A stretch of 64,000 bases of DNA from Candidatus Bathyarchaeota archaeon (GTDB taxonomy: Archaea > Thermoproteota > Bathyarchaeia > 40CM-2-53-6 > RBG-13-38-9), in NCBI GenBank assembly GCA_963807605.1, contig CAWECG010000004.1, forward strand, positions 668,007-732,006, given 5' to 3'. The notes under the pieces were generated by a model that saw only the letters and a program-made list of their open reading frames with translations, was not told the origin of the DNA and ran no database searches. Position 1 is the first letter of the stretch, and the number at the start of each line of letters is the position of its first letter. The position numbers and the translations under genes were made by a program. Positions 32,534-43,038 of the stretch are shown here, in pieces.

Positions 32534-33673
32534 TTACTTGTTCCGCCTTCTAACTAGTAGGCTGCCCAAGTATCTGTCCCAATTCTCCCCCGCAAAGTTA
32601 TCTACGAAATACCTTTTGCAATTCTTTGACAGACGCAGAAAATTGTCTTGAATATAGCGTATGCCTTCAACCCACTCTTCAGCTTTCGCATCTACATCAA
32701 GAAGATATCCAGTTTCTTTATTTGAAACGAATTCGGGCAATCCTCCGACATTGCTTGAGACAACAGGCGTCCCATACATATAGGAGACAAGTACACTTGA
32801 ACTCTGAGTCTCCCGTTTGTATGGTGCAACCACAGCTATGCTTCTCCGAATTAACTTACCAAATTCCTTATCGTTAACTCTATCAGTGTAACAAACCGTA
32901 AGGTTTTGCTGCTCATATCTCCGCTCCCTTATGCTAAACGGTGAAGTCATCAAGAATTTGTAGTTCAAATGATTATCTTGGGAATACCTCACTATCTCCA
33001 AGAATTTTTCTGTATTCTTGGCAGGAAGAGGAGGCCCCACAAAAGTAACGTATTGTCTTTCCTGATCATCATTGTCCCAACCGCTTAAGTCCTCTAACAT
33101 CAGAGGAACATACACCTTGGTTCCAGAAAAATTCGGATAATGTGATTCAAAGAGATTCGACGCAAGGTTTGATGAGACGATAGCTATATCAGTACAGTCA
33201 AGCAACCTTCCCTGGAAATGTTCAAACAGATGCAGCCAGTATTGATGAAAACCCCCGTGATACTTTTTATCTTCCACGTATGGTTCATGCACGTGATAAA
33301 TAAATAAAGCATTATACTGTTCCGAACGTTTCGCGACTAGATGGTTCAAGAAGTGGTAATTCATCAGGTATACATGGGTGGGGCTATCTTTCGAGAACAC
33401 CCTTGCTATTTCCTTACGATTTTCTAGATTCCACGTATCCCGGACCATTGAATGAATGTTTGATGAATTACCAATGAACACTGTCTTCCCCTTTTCTTCC
33501 TTTGACAACATCCATTCATAGCCCCTGCTCAACATATACCTAACAGAGTAACCTTCCTTTTCACATGCACGACCAAAAGCAAAACAGTGGGACTTAAACA
33601 CTGGCCGATACATTAGACTACCCACGTAGATTGTCACAGTACGCTTCTCTTTCATGTGTGGGGTTCGGCACAC
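32534..33673 (-). CDS. GT4 glycosyltransferase
   Basis: PYKRETQSS...GTPVVSSNVGGLPE. Confidence 0.85.
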   Translation of the reverse strand: MCRTPHMKEKRTVTIYVGSLMYRPVFKSHCFAFGRACEKEGYSVRYMLSRGYEWMLSKEEKGKTVFIGNSSNIHSMVRDTWNLENRKEIARVFSKDSPTHVYLMNYHFLNHLVAKRSEQYNALFIYHVHEPYVEDKKYHGGFHQYWLHLFEHFQGRLLDCTDIAIVSSNLASNLFESHYPNFSGTKVYVPLMLEDLSGWDNDDQERQYVTFVGPPLPAKNTEKFLEIVRYSQDNHLNYKFLMTSPFSIRERRYEQQNLTVCYTDRVNDKEFGKLIRRSIAVVAPYKRETQSSSVLVSYMYGTPVVSSNVGGLPEFVSNKETGYLLDVDAKAEEWVEGIRYIQDNFLRLSKNCKRYFVDNFAGENWDRYLGSLLVRRRNK

Positions 33674-33959
33674 ATCCCCATTACTCCCTTCATTTTCATT
33701 CCTACGCGGGTTCCTGGCATGTCGTACTCAACATATCTCTTTCCAGACTCTCCCAGTCTACTTGAGATATCTGGATTCCTTCTCAATGGTTTCAGGCGGA
33801 TACCTGGTCCGCCTGCTAACACCACGGCGGTTCCTATTTGAATGGATAGTCCCTCCTGTTTTGTTTCCTATCTAGCGCGTGAAATGCAATCGGTGTTCTG
33901 CACATTATACTGGGGGGGAGTATAGGTGGTCATCGTAAGTTTCTCTTCTCAACGTCTGC

Positions 33960-35171
33960 TTACGCCAGCACTTCCATGAGGGCTTTCATTCTTATTCCTA
34001 TGCGACTTGTTGACATGTTCTTCTCAACGTAGAGCTTTCCCGATTCTCCCAGCCTCCTAGAAACATCCGGATTCTTCATCAAGTAGAGTATTGAATCAGC
34101 GAGGGCTTCGTAATCTCCAGGCCTTACCACAATCCCAGACGCAGTCTGTGAAACGTAACGCCCGGCCTGTCCATCAGAGCAACAGACTATAGGCTTTCCA
34201 GCTGCCTGATATTCGTATAGTTTAGAAGATATCCCCATGTCTGTCGAGCTTATTCCCTTTAGAGGCAGCAATAACACACTAGCCTCAATCAATGTTCGAG
34301 CAACCTCTTCACGACTCACAATCTTCTCAAAGACCGTGACGTTTCTAAAATCCATGTGTTGCGATTTTTCTTTTAAAGCACTTGCAAGTTCCCCGCCACC
34401 TTGTATGATGAATTGGATATCTGGAGATGATCTCAACAAACATGCAGCCTTGAAGACCTGATCGAAATCATATGCGGGGGAGAAAGCTCCGATATACAAG
34501 ACCACGAATTTTCCGTCAGATACGGTTGTGAGTTTAATTCTTGGAGAGCGGAATCTATCCAAGTCTATCCCCGCAGGGACAACGTAAACTTTTCTCGAGT
34601 CTATGTGATACTTGCTCAGTATAGTCTGCACGTAGGACGGACTGATAGGTGTAATCGCTGAGCATAATCGATATGCGATCCTAGCAAGTGACTCACCCAA
34701 CTTTGCCATTAAAGAATTATCTGAAATACCCAAGTCATAGAGGGATTCAGGCCAGAGATCGTCTACATTTTGAATCACTGGGATATGTCTCACCTTGCTG
34801 AAAATCAGGCTTGGAAAAACCGCGATGATGTTTGGATTAGCAGCCCAAACCACATCAACCTTGCCGACAAAAGGCAAAGCGAACAAAGATGACAGACTGA
34901 AAGAAGCGAAGAGTAGAATGCGTTTTGCGAGCCCTTCCGAGGCCAGCGGCGGGACGAAAGTTTTGATTATCTTTAACGATTCGTGATATTCTACATTTAT
35001 CAGCCTTCTCCTGTATTTTCCCGGAATTCTTCCAGTCGGATAGTGGGGGAAAGCCGTTACGCAGGTTACAGAACAACCAGTGGATATGAGGCCTTTCGCG
35101 ACATTGAAAGCTCTTGTAGCTCCCCCACCCATATCTGGTGGAAAATATTGCGCTATGATAAGGACGTTCAT
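33960..35171 (-). CDS. GT4 glycosyltransferase, WbuB-like
   Basis: QYFPPDMGG, PHYPTG, DLWPE, SKLYEY. Confidence 0.9.
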   Translation of the reverse strand: MNVLIIAQYFPPDMGGGATRAFNVAKGLISTGCSVTCVTAFPHYPTGRIPGKYRRRLINVEYHESLKIIKTFVPPLASEGLAKRILLFASFSLSSLFALPFVGKVDVVWAANPNIIAVFPSLIFSKVRHIPVIQNVDDLWPESLYDLGISDNSLMAKLGESLARIAYRLCSAITPISPSYVQTILSKYHIDSRKVYVVPAGIDLDRFRSPRIKLTTVSDGKFVVLYIGAFSPAYDFDQVFKAACLLRSSPDIQFIIQGGGELASALKEKSQHMDFRNVTVFEKIVSREEVARTLIEASVLLLPLKGISSTDMGISSKLYEYQAAGKPIVCCSDGQAGRYVSQTASGIVVRPGDYEALADSILYLMKNPDVSRRLGESGKLYVEKNMSTSRIGIRMKALMEVLA

Positions 35172-36176
35172 TCAGAATCTTAAGATCGGTTCTATATTGT
35201 CTCTGTTATCCACGATCCATTCGTGAGTTCTCTTCAACCCGGCTTTCATGTCGGTTTGCGGCTGATAGTCAAGGATTCTTCTGGCTTTATCTATGGAGGC
35301 TCTTCTCTTAATCGATTTATCCCAGTCTCTTTTCTTGTCGTAGACAATTCCTGCCTTATTACCTGTCAGCGCATTTATCCAGTTCGCCAAATCGATTATT
35401 CTAGTCTCAGTCTCCGACGCCAAGTTAATCGCCTGGCCCACGGCTCCTTCAGTCACTCCCATCCTTAAGGAGCCATCAACGATATCTTCTACAAATGTGA
35501 AGTCTCTGGTTTCTTCGCCTGTTCCAGTTATCGGCAGAGATTTTCCATGCATCGCCAGCCAAATAAAATTAGGTATGACGTTTCTATATATGCCTGGAAC
35601 CTCTCCTGGACCGTATACGTTGAAATACCTTGCTATTGCCACTGGCAATTTGTAATAATCATAGAAATAGTTGCAGTAAAGCTCCCCCAGGAGTTTGTGA
35701 ATCTGATAAGGCGTGTCCAACCGTAACGATGTGAAGTCTTCTCTAAGTGGTAGCGGAGCTTGACTTCCATACACTGAGCATCCTGAGGAGGCGAAGATAA
35801 ACTTCTCTACATCTGCCAATTGTGAATACTGCAAGGCTTTCAATGTTCCAAGACCATTCACGAGCATGTCCGTCTCAGGATGGTCCACGCTGTTCTGATT
35901 CGCGAAATGTGCTGCCAGGTGAAATACGAATTGGGGCTTAAAGCTGAAGGCTCTTTTCACCTTTTCATCGTCAAGCACACTTCCATTGATGAATGTCGAA
36001 TTCTTGTTCTTTGGCAGGTTCCACTCATACGACGCGGATAAATCGTCCAAAACGACGATGCGTTCAGGCTGAGCCTTAAGAAGAGTCTTAATGAGGTTGA
36101 CACCGATGCATCCTGCACCACCTGTCAAGAGAATTCTCTTACCAGCGTAATTACCTAGGATCTTATCAAAGTTCAT
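35172..36176 (-). CDS. NAD-dependent nucleotide-sugar epimerase
   Basis: TGGAGCIG, YQIHK, NVYGPG, RDFTFV. Confidence 0.92.
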   Translation of the reverse strand: MNFDKILGNYAGKRILLTGGAGCIGVNLIKTLLKAQPERIVVLDDLSASYEWNLPKNKNSTFINGSVLDDEKVKRAFSFKPQFVFHLAAHFANQNSVDHPETDMLVNGLGTLKALQYSQLADVEKFIFASSGCSVYGSQAPLPLREDFTSLRLDTPYQIHKLLGELYCNYFYDYYKLPVAIARYFNVYGPGEVPGIYRNVIPNFIWLAMHGKSLPITGTGEETRDFTFVEDIVDGSLRMGVTEGAVGQAINLASETETRIIDLANWINALTGNKAGIVYDKKRDWDKSIKRRASIDKARRILDYQPQTDMKAGLKRTHEWIVDNRDNIEPILRF

Positions 36177-36219
36177 TCCTGCAGCCTCTAAAACTCATAA
36201 TAGCCGTTCATGAATATTA

Positions 36220-37134
36220 TCACTTCACATACAATCTTCTGAACCACTCCACGGTCCGGCGAATTCCTTCTTCAGGCCTTACTGTCAAGCTAAATCCGAG
36301 ATCTCTTCTGGCTTTCCCCGAGTCCGGAGTCTTCACTCTCGTCGTGAAGAGTTCAGCCTCCTTGTATGTTACCTTGGAATCGTCTTTGCCGAGGCTATTC
36401 AAGATGATGTCTGAAATCTTCTTAATTCCATATCGCTCGTCCCCCCCGAGATTATATACTTCTCCAGGCTTGAAGTGGTCCACGATGTTACCAAGTACCT
36501 TGCAGATGTCTTCAACATATTCTAGTGTCCTTTTGTGTCCCAAGTATACTGTGTATGGTTCGTCGTGCAATGCTTTGTAGATGAACTTAGGGATAAATCC
36601 CCTGTATGGGGTATAGTGTTCTCCGGGCCCATAGACATTGAAGAGCCTCACCCTAACACTCTCGGTGTTAAACATGGCTGCCGAATTCATTATTTGAAGT
36701 TCATTAACCCACTTCGCGATAGCATAATCATTCATCTGCTTTATTGGAACCTTATCCATGACATCTTCGCTCATGACTCCGTCAAAGTCCCCGTAGACCT
36801 CTGCACTCCCAAAGAAGATCAGTCGGAACTTCTTTATTTCCTGCATTCTTGTTATGTTCTTTGTGCCTACAGCATTTGTCAACCAGAGATTTTCATAGTA
36901 ATCCTCACCATTCCATCTTCCATATTCGGCAGCTGCATGGTAAACATAGGCGAAGTCGTTATTCTCGAAAACTCTCTCAACCTGTCTGAATACTCCGACA
37001 TCACATCTTATCGATCGCGGATCCTCTGAATGTCTTAAATCGCAGATCCAAACATCGAATCCTCTTTTTTTCAGCTCCTTTACTAGATTGGAGCCGATGA
37101 ATCCAAGGCCGCCGGTGACTAGAACCTTAGACAA
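36220..37134 (-). CDS. NAD-dependent nucleotide-sugar epimerase/dehydratase
   Basis: TGGLGFIG, YAIAK, NVYGPG. Confidence 0.92.
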   Translation of the reverse strand: MSKVLVTGGLGFIGSNLVKELKKRGFDVWICDLRHSEDPRSIRCDVGVFRQVERVFENNDFAYVYHAAAEYGRWNGEDYYENLWLTNAVGTKNITRMQEIKKFRLIFFGSAEVYGDFDGVMSEDVMDKVPIKQMNDYAIAKWVNELQIMNSAAMFNTESVRVRLFNVYGPGEHYTPYRGFIPKFIYKALHDEPYTVYLGHKRTLEYVEDICKVLGNIVDHFKPGEVYNLGGDERYGIKKISDIILNSLGKDDSKVTYKEAELFTTRVKTPDSGKARRDLGFSLTVRPEEGIRRTVEWFRRLYVK

Positions 37135-37153
37135 GCGTTTATCCCCCCTTAAT

Positions 37154-38230
37154 TTATCTGGAAGAAATTATGTCGACTATTCTTCCAGAAGCGTTTCCGT
37201 CTCCGAACGGATTGTTCCATTCTCGGTCTTTGCTAAGCATTTTCTTCACATTTTCAAGTATATCCGTTGGTTTCGTGCCGGCTACGGAATTAGCACCGAC
37301 CTCCAAGGTCTCAGGTCGCTCAGTACTATCTCTCAAGGTGACACATGGAACTTTCAAGATGCATGCTTCTTCTTGTACGCCTCCTGAATCAGTCAGTATA
37401 AGCTTGGCCTCGCTCTCGAGTCTCAGGAAGTTCAAGTAATCTAGAGGCTCCACAAGGCTTATGCGATGATCATCTACGGAGATATTGTGTTGTTCCAGCC
37501 TCTTCCTTGTCCTCGGATGAATCGGATAAATGATCGTTGCTCCGAATTCCTCAGATACCAGCTCAAGACCCTTAATTATGGCTTCCAGCCTTTCCTTTTC
37601 ATCCACGTTCTCTTGTCGGTGCAGAGTCGCAAGGAAATAGTCGTCATCATTCGGCCTGAACTTCAATAACGTGCCCTTTTCTCTAGCTAGACCAAGGTTT
37701 TGATATACAGCATCGACAATAGTATTTCCTGTAACGAATATTCTCTTTTCATCTATTCCCTCGCGTAACAAATTGTCTCTCGCATTGCTCGTCGGTGCGA
37801 ATAGATAGTTTGAGAGATGATCAGCCATGACTCTATTGATCTCCTCAGGCATCTGTCTATCGTGACTTCTAAGTCCAGCCTCTACATGGCCGACACCTAT
37901 CGTGAGTTTCGAAGCAGCTAAAGCTCCGGCTAGGACAGTATTCGTGTCACCTTCAACAAGAACTAAGCCGGGTTTCTCATCCTGCAATGCTTTCTCAATA
38001 CCCACAAGGGCCTTGCTCGTCTCCTCGGCATGAGTTCCAGACCCGATGTTGAGAGCGTACTCTGGTTCTGGAAGCATCAGTTGTTCGAAGAAGATCTTGT
38101 CCATATTGTAGGAGTAGTGCTGCCCCGTATGGATCACAAAATAGTCAAGACATTGAGCTTCCAATTTCCTGATTATTGGGGACATCTTGATTATTTCTGG
38201 TCGGGTTCCGAGAACTATTGCTATCTTCAT
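37154..38230 (-). CDS. wecB: UDP-N-acetylglucosamine 2-epimerase (non-hydrolysing)
   Basis: GTRPEIIK, HTGQH, HVEAGLRS, PEEINR, TDSGGVQEEA. Confidence 0.95.
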   Translation of the reverse strand: MKIAIVLGTRPEIIKMSPIIRKLEAQCLDYFVIHTGQHYSYNMDKIFFEQLMLPEPEYALNIGSGTHAEETSKALVGIEKALQDEKPGLVLVEGDTNTVLAGALAASKLTIGVGHVEAGLRSHDRQMPEEINRVMADHLSNYLFAPTSNARDNLLREGIDEKRIFVTGNTIVDAVYQNLGLAREKGTLLKFRPNDDDYFLATLHRQENVDEKERLEAIIKGLELVSEEFGATIIYPIHPRTRKRLEQHNISVDDHRISLVEPLDYLNFLRLESEAKLILTDSGGVQEEACILKVPCVTLRDSTERPETLEVGANSVAGTKPTDILENVKKMLSKDREWNNPFGDGNASGRIVDIISSR

Positions 38231-38532
38231 TGCACTTTTCTACATCTGAATATTACTGTGCCACCCTCAGTGTAAGGCCTCCCAGGATCTACACACTGCA
38301 GGTAAGAATGCTCACGATCTTCAGGCTTAGTCAAGCCAAGCCTCACTGGATCAGCTCCTTCGTCTAACGCAACAACATAATGAAGGAGGGTGGAGAGTGC
38401 GTGAGTGCATAAAGCATCTGTCTTGTCCAAAGCTATTCTGGCGTCTTCTATCAGAATCTTATCGCCGACCTTGTGAACAGGACATCTTCCTCTTATTTCG
38501 GCAACCTCTATTTCAAGCATCAGAGAAAACAC
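38227..38532 (-). CDS. TIGR04076-like small Cys-rich protein
   Basis: GRCPVHKVGD..C..A..QCVDPG..GGTVIF. Confidence 0.75.
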   Translation of the reverse strand: MFSLMLEIEVAEIRGRCPVHKVGDKILIEDARIALDKTDALCTHALSTLLHYVVALDEGADPVRLGLTKPEDREHSYLQCVDPGRPYTEGGTVIFRCRKVQ

Positions 38533-38605
38533 ACTCTACAAGTAGTTAGCACAGGCAGGAGCGCAAGATGCGAAGCTCATCTGGAGCATAGGCGCGGTTC
38601 GATTC

Positions 38606-39484
38606 TTAACGTGACTCCCTTACGACGCTAACCAGTGTGAACAGAATTACTGAGGTTGCAATCAGAATTGTTCCAATCATCAAAGATCCTATCGATATCA
38701 GGGTCAGGCTCAAGTTCAACTGCCTATAATGCGCATATAGGTCCAAAGACCAGAGTCCAAAGACAATGCCCATAATGCCGAAGAACAAACCAGGAAGGCC
38801 ATAGAAGAGTAGCGAATGCCTTATCGAGTAATGTTTTATCATACTCCCAATCACGTCCATCCCATGATAGATTGGATTGTGTGTTGATGGGTCTTCCACA
38901 CAGTGCTTGATCGTTATTGCAACCTCTTTGATTGCAAGACCGTTCTGGTGCGCCTTCATCAGAAGCTCTGCGCCCGCCCCCATCCCGCCTTCTGTAGGCT
39001 CCAGAAGGCTTAGAGCCTTCCGACTGTAAGCCCTGAAGCCGCTCTGGGAATCTGTTATTCCATTCTTCGAGAGGGCCTCTTGAAATCTCGTCAGCATGTT
39101 TACGCCGAATTTTCTGTAAGCCGGCATGTCTGAGGCCTTCTCGAGAAATCTTGAGCCTATCACGATGTCTGCTTCCCCCTGAACTATGGGCTCAACTAGA
39201 CTTGGAATCATTCTTGCATCATGCTGTCCGTCACCATCAAGCGTTACCATGACATCGGCATTAAGCATTCTAGACCTTCTGAAGAGAGTTCTCATTGCTG
39301 AACCGTAGCCGAGATTCCTGTCGTGTCTCACAACAATGGCGCCAAGCCTCTCAGCAATCTCCCCAGTCATATCCTCGGAACCATCATCACAAACTATGAC
39401 TCCGTCTACGTTCTTCTGAGCTTGAATAATCACCCTGCCGATCGTCTTCTCTTCATTATAGGAAGGGATGCAGGCTACAATCAT
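38606..39484 (-). CDS. GT2, dolichol-phosphate mannosyltransferase-like
   Basis: IPSYNEE, DDGSED, DGDGQH, DSQSGFRA, two C-terminal TMs. Confidence 0.92.
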   Translation of the reverse strand: MIVACIPSYNEEKTIGRVIIQAQKNVDGVIVCDDGSEDMTGEIAERLGAIVVRHDRNLGYGSAMRTLFRRSRMLNADVMVTLDGDGQHDARMIPSLVEPIVQGEADIVIGSRFLEKASDMPAYRKFGVNMLTRFQEALSKNGITDSQSGFRAYSRKALSLLEPTEGGMGAGAELLMKAHQNGLAIKEVAITIKHCVEDPSTHNPIYHGMDVIGSMIKHYSIRHSLLFYGLPGLFFGIMGIVFGLWSLDLYAHYRQLNLSLTLISIGSLMIGTILIATSVILFTLVSVVRESR

Positions 39485-39647
39485 ATTCTCAAATACCCGT
39501 CTTAACGCAAAGGGTCCAGACTACCATCGCCTTCAACATGAGTCGACTTTCCACCTCGTTCTTTGCGCAAACCTCGCGTTATCAACGGAGACGTGGCTGC
39601 GGCCACTCGCCCGCAGCCTTGCTTCCAGCTTTCTTGGCAAGGGTTTT

Positions 39648-39893
39648 CTATTGGGCTTCAGATTGGGCTGAGCTCGGTGTGGATGGTTCGGTGGTTTCTA
39701 TCGGTTCCGGTGGAGGCGTAGTAGCCATCGTCCATCCAATCCAAGCCAGAATACCCAAAACCGCGACAACAGCAACCAGAGCCGTGATCTGCAAGACCGC
39801 TACTGGGAATGTGTAGATCAACCAGCCGTATACGAGAATCCCAAATATGCTGACGATAAGAATGCATGCTCCAATCGTCTGATCCTTATTCAG
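39648..39893 (-). CDS. Small two-TM membrane protein, probable CTG start (not in ORF track)
   Basis: GGAGGTGAGG RBS, then (M)NKDQTIGACILIVS...LAWIGWTMATTPPPEPIE; 82 codons open. Confidence 0.7.
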   Translation of the reverse strand: MNKDQTIGACILIVSIFGILVYGWLIYTFPVAVLQITALVAVVAVLGILAWIGWTMATTPPPEPIETTEPSTPSSAQSEAQ

Positions 39894-39909
39894 TATTCCT
39901 CACCTCCAA

Positions 39910-40284
39910 CTATGTCAGGTACAATTGAACCAGTATCTGCCTAGGCACTCTAGCGTTTTTCAAATCTAGATAGAAGCACAGAAGCTCGCCCTTCAATCCG
40001 GCTGAGCCCCAGACGCCCAAGCGGAACTTTCTCGTCTGACATAACTCCTGGAGTCTCTCCTTGGCTCGTCTACAAGCCTCATAGATGCGTGTTTGAAGCC
40101 AATCACTGATCTGTTCGAAAAGTCTCACTACTTTGATACTCCTAATGAATCCTTGTCGCTTCGCATAAACTCTAAGACATTTCAGGAGGGACCAGTCATC
40201 GATCCGTTCACGGTAAAGCTGAGACAAGACACCTAACCTGCGAGAATCTTCCCACAGACTTTCGATCGTTGAATACCGAATCAT
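39910..40284 (-). CDS. Hypothetical basic protein
   Basis: Open frame co-oriented with and adjacent to neighbours. Confidence 0.55.
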   Translation of the reverse strand: MIRYSTIESLWEDSRRLGVLSQLYRERIDDWSLLKCLRVYAKRQGFIRSIKVVRLFEQISDWLQTRIYEACRRAKERLQELCQTRKFRLGVWGSAGLKGELLCFYLDLKNARVPRQILVQLYLT

Positions 40285-40442
40285 TCATGTCACACTGCCG
40301 ATTGTACCTGTCAAAGCGTAATACATCTGTACCAGGTGACCAATATATGTCACATGTTACTCATACTAAGAGTGCGCGGTAAACAAATAGAGCAAGAACT
40401 GGGCACGCCCTCTGTTACCTTTACTTTTACTCTGCAGTGACA

Positions 40443-41354
40443 TTACTTGAATTGGTTGGCCCCGCACTTGTCACAGTATCTCATTCTCGGATCAAGTGTC
40501 CGACCGCACGAGGTGCATAGTTTGACTCCAGAGGCGGGGTGTGGAAGCTCGGTGCCGCTTTGAGGTCTCCTCAAAACTTGCGTCGTCGCAGTCGGGGAGG
40601 TTTTGAGTTCCTCTTGCTTCTTCTTGACCCCTTCCCCTTCCTTTTCAAGAGTTCCCCGTTCTTCAGTTAAGTGACGCTTCTCTTTCTCAAGCTCTTCCCT
40701 TGCCCTAGTGTTGGCTATTCTTTCAGTCCGCAATCTCCTTTCCTCCCGTTCAAGACTGGTCCTACGGTCGAATGTTGTCTGACGCTGGAGAGAAACATCC
40801 CTCTCAAGCTCTTCCCTTGCCCTAATGAGGGCCGCTCTCTCACTTTCCAGTCTAGCCCTATCCTCCTCAAGACTTTTCCTCAGGTCGAGTGCTGCCTCAC
40901 GCTGGTTAGAAGCATCAGATAGACTCACCTTTATTTCGGAATGAGACTCTTCAATGAAAGCAAAGATCTTGCTGGCGAGATCAGACAAGTGAGATGTTGT
41001 TTTGTCAACCTCCTCCTCTTTAGTTCTGAGCTTGGCTTCTCTGTCATCCAGATTCTTCCTTTGAGCCTCAAGCCGTTTAGCTTCTCCCTCAAACTTTCCC
41101 TCAAGGGCTTGGAGTTCGTTTCTCTGCGACCTAAGACTGCCTGACATCTTCTTGAGATCCTGCATGTCACTTAACAGGCGTGCTCTAGCCGGCTCGAGGC
41201 TTGCTTTCTCCTCACCCAGTTTCTTCTTTGCACGCGAGAGATCTGCCTTTGCTTCATTGAGCTCCTGCATAATCCGGCCGAGCTCACCCTTTAAAGAAGT
41301 CACAACAGACTCAGTATTGACAGATACGTTCTTGGGCCTTCTGAATTTCATCAA
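40443..41354 (-). CDS. Coiled-coil protein with C-terminal zinc ribbon
   Basis: Heptad E/K/R/L runs, repeated RAREELE, CTSCG..YCDKCG. Confidence 0.75.
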   Translation of the reverse strand: MMKFRRPKNVSVNTESVVTSLKGELGRIMQELNEAKADLSRAKKKLGEEKASLEPARARLLSDMQDLKKMSGSLRSQRNELQALEGKFEGEAKRLEAQRKNLDDREAKLRTKEEEVDKTTSHLSDLASKIFAFIEESHSEIKVSLSDASNQREAALDLRKSLEEDRARLESERAALIRAREELERDVSLQRQTTFDRRTSLEREERRLRTERIANTRAREELEKEKRHLTEERGTLEKEGEGVKKKQEELKTSPTATTQVLRRPQSGTELPHPASGVKLCTSCGRTLDPRMRYCDKCGANQFK

Positions 41355-41360
41355 GCGAGC

Positions 41361-42200
41361 CTAACCACCCAGCCCCTTCAGACTTGTCTTAGATAGAACC
41401 TTGACAACCTCAGCCAATTCATCCCTTGCCTTTCCCATTTCAGTTTGTTCATGAGTAAGCTGTTCACGGAGCCTCTCTAACCGTTGCCTCTCAAAGGTCA
41501 TTTTCTCCTTCTCAGCAGACAGCTCCTCTTTCACCCTTCTCAAGGCTTCATACTCACCGGCCAGGTTCTGGCTAGCCTTCTCGAGCTTGACCCTCTCGAC
41601 TTCCAAAACATTCCTTGCCTTATCAATCTCAGCCTCTATCCTCTCAAGCTCAGTCATAACCACTTGACGCCCAAGGCTCTCAGGAGAAATCGTCTCAAGC
41701 ATCCGACGGGAAACATCCTTCTCAGAGGAGAGCTCAGTCTCCACCGCCAAACCTCGCGAAGGCTCAACCGCGCCCTGGCGACTTTGCAGGGACTCTTCGG
41801 ATCCTCCACGCCTTTGCGATGGCAGACGTTCATCGACTTCTCTCTCGTCTTCACCTTCAACTGACAGCCCCTCTTCAGGAACAGATTCAAACCCTATCTC
41901 AATCCACCGCTTGCGAAGTGCAATCACAAAGAAAACGACCAGAACAACGATGACTCCCACGATTATCCGCAGCGGGGTTATCATGAATGGGTTGTTGCCA
42001 ATTTGAATGAGACTAACCGGACCGGCCAGTTTTGCTCCAAGGTCAGCAGCTATTGGAGAGGTTGCCTCAACCGGGTTTGAAGACAGATCTGCTCTCACAT
42101 CGAAACAGAATGATGCAAAGATGAGATAGAACAGTGTAAGAACGCTTAATCGACCGATAGACCTGATGCCGTCTTCCAATGCCGCCTCTAGGTCAGGCAT
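41361..42200 (-). CDS. Membrane-anchored coiled-coil protein
   Basis: Two hydrophobic segments followed by coiled coil. Confidence 0.65.
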   Translation of the reverse strand: MPDLEAALEDGIRSIGRLSVLTLFYLIFASFCFDVRADLSSNPVEATSPIAADLGAKLAGPVSLIQIGNNPFMITPLRIIVGVIVVLVVFFVIALRKRWIEIGFESVPEEGLSVEGEDEREVDERLPSQRRGGSEESLQSRQGAVEPSRGLAVETELSSEKDVSRRMLETISPESLGRQVVMTELERIEAEIDKARNVLEVERVKLEKASQNLAGEYEALRRVKEELSAEKEKMTFERQRLERLREQLTHEQTEMGKARDELAEVVKVLSKTSLKGLGG

Positions 42201-43038
42201 CCATTACTTCCTCGAATCTCAGTAACCGATTCCAGAGATAAGAGTCTATTCAACTCTCACTATTGGATCGGAGGTTACTGTTCAGCATAAATGATAATGG
42301 GTTGACGCTATCTAGCTCGTAACAACTACTCGGCCCATGCCTAGAGCAGTATCATCGTACCTGCGTCTGTCTTGCCTTCTCCGCCTCCACCTTGACGAGT
42401 TTCTCCAGGACGGCCGTCTCCGTGAAGGCTTCGAGATCATAATTGTATGCTTTGATTCTCTTTATGATTTCTTCAGGCAGGAAGTACTCAATCATTCTTT
42501 CCATCGATGATCAGTACCCAGGAATGCGCCTATAATTCTGCTGAGTTTGTATATGCTTCGTACACAAGCGTGTATACCCTCTTCGCGTGTATGCCAGGTT
42601 ATTACAAGAATGTGCAATTAAACACTTTTGTTGAATCCTAGAAGCGCGTGACAATCTGCCACTCTTGAGGATGCTCGCCAAGGAAAAGGCAAGCCACAAA
42701 CCGGAGGTAACCAGGCCCAGCATCTACCTATTGTGGCTTAAATGCGTGCGCTAAGGATGAAGGCTCAGGTGGTATTTACGACGCACGTGCGTTCCATTAC
42801 TACCGAATTCGAAGATTGTCTACGGGCGCCTAACCCGTATTTCATTGAAGGAACAGTCGTCTAGAAATAAGACTGAAAAGGCCACAGAGTGATTTCAAAG
42901 TCTTGGACTATGCTTAAGCGATCTGCGGGCGCGCACCGAGTGGCTCAAGTAGCAACTTGTAATGAGAGGATTTTGCGATTCGCACTCGATTCAAGATCAG
43001 TTCTATTTTCCTCTAGCATTACCTGTTGACAGCGTGTG

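Noticed and set aside
39658-39867. 69-aa ORF in the track
   Set aside because: Wrong frame; the overlapping 39648..39893 frame has the RBS and a coherent membrane protein
40680-40830. 23-bp direct repeat 120 bp apart
   Set aside because: Coding repeat (RAREELE) within a coiled-coil protein
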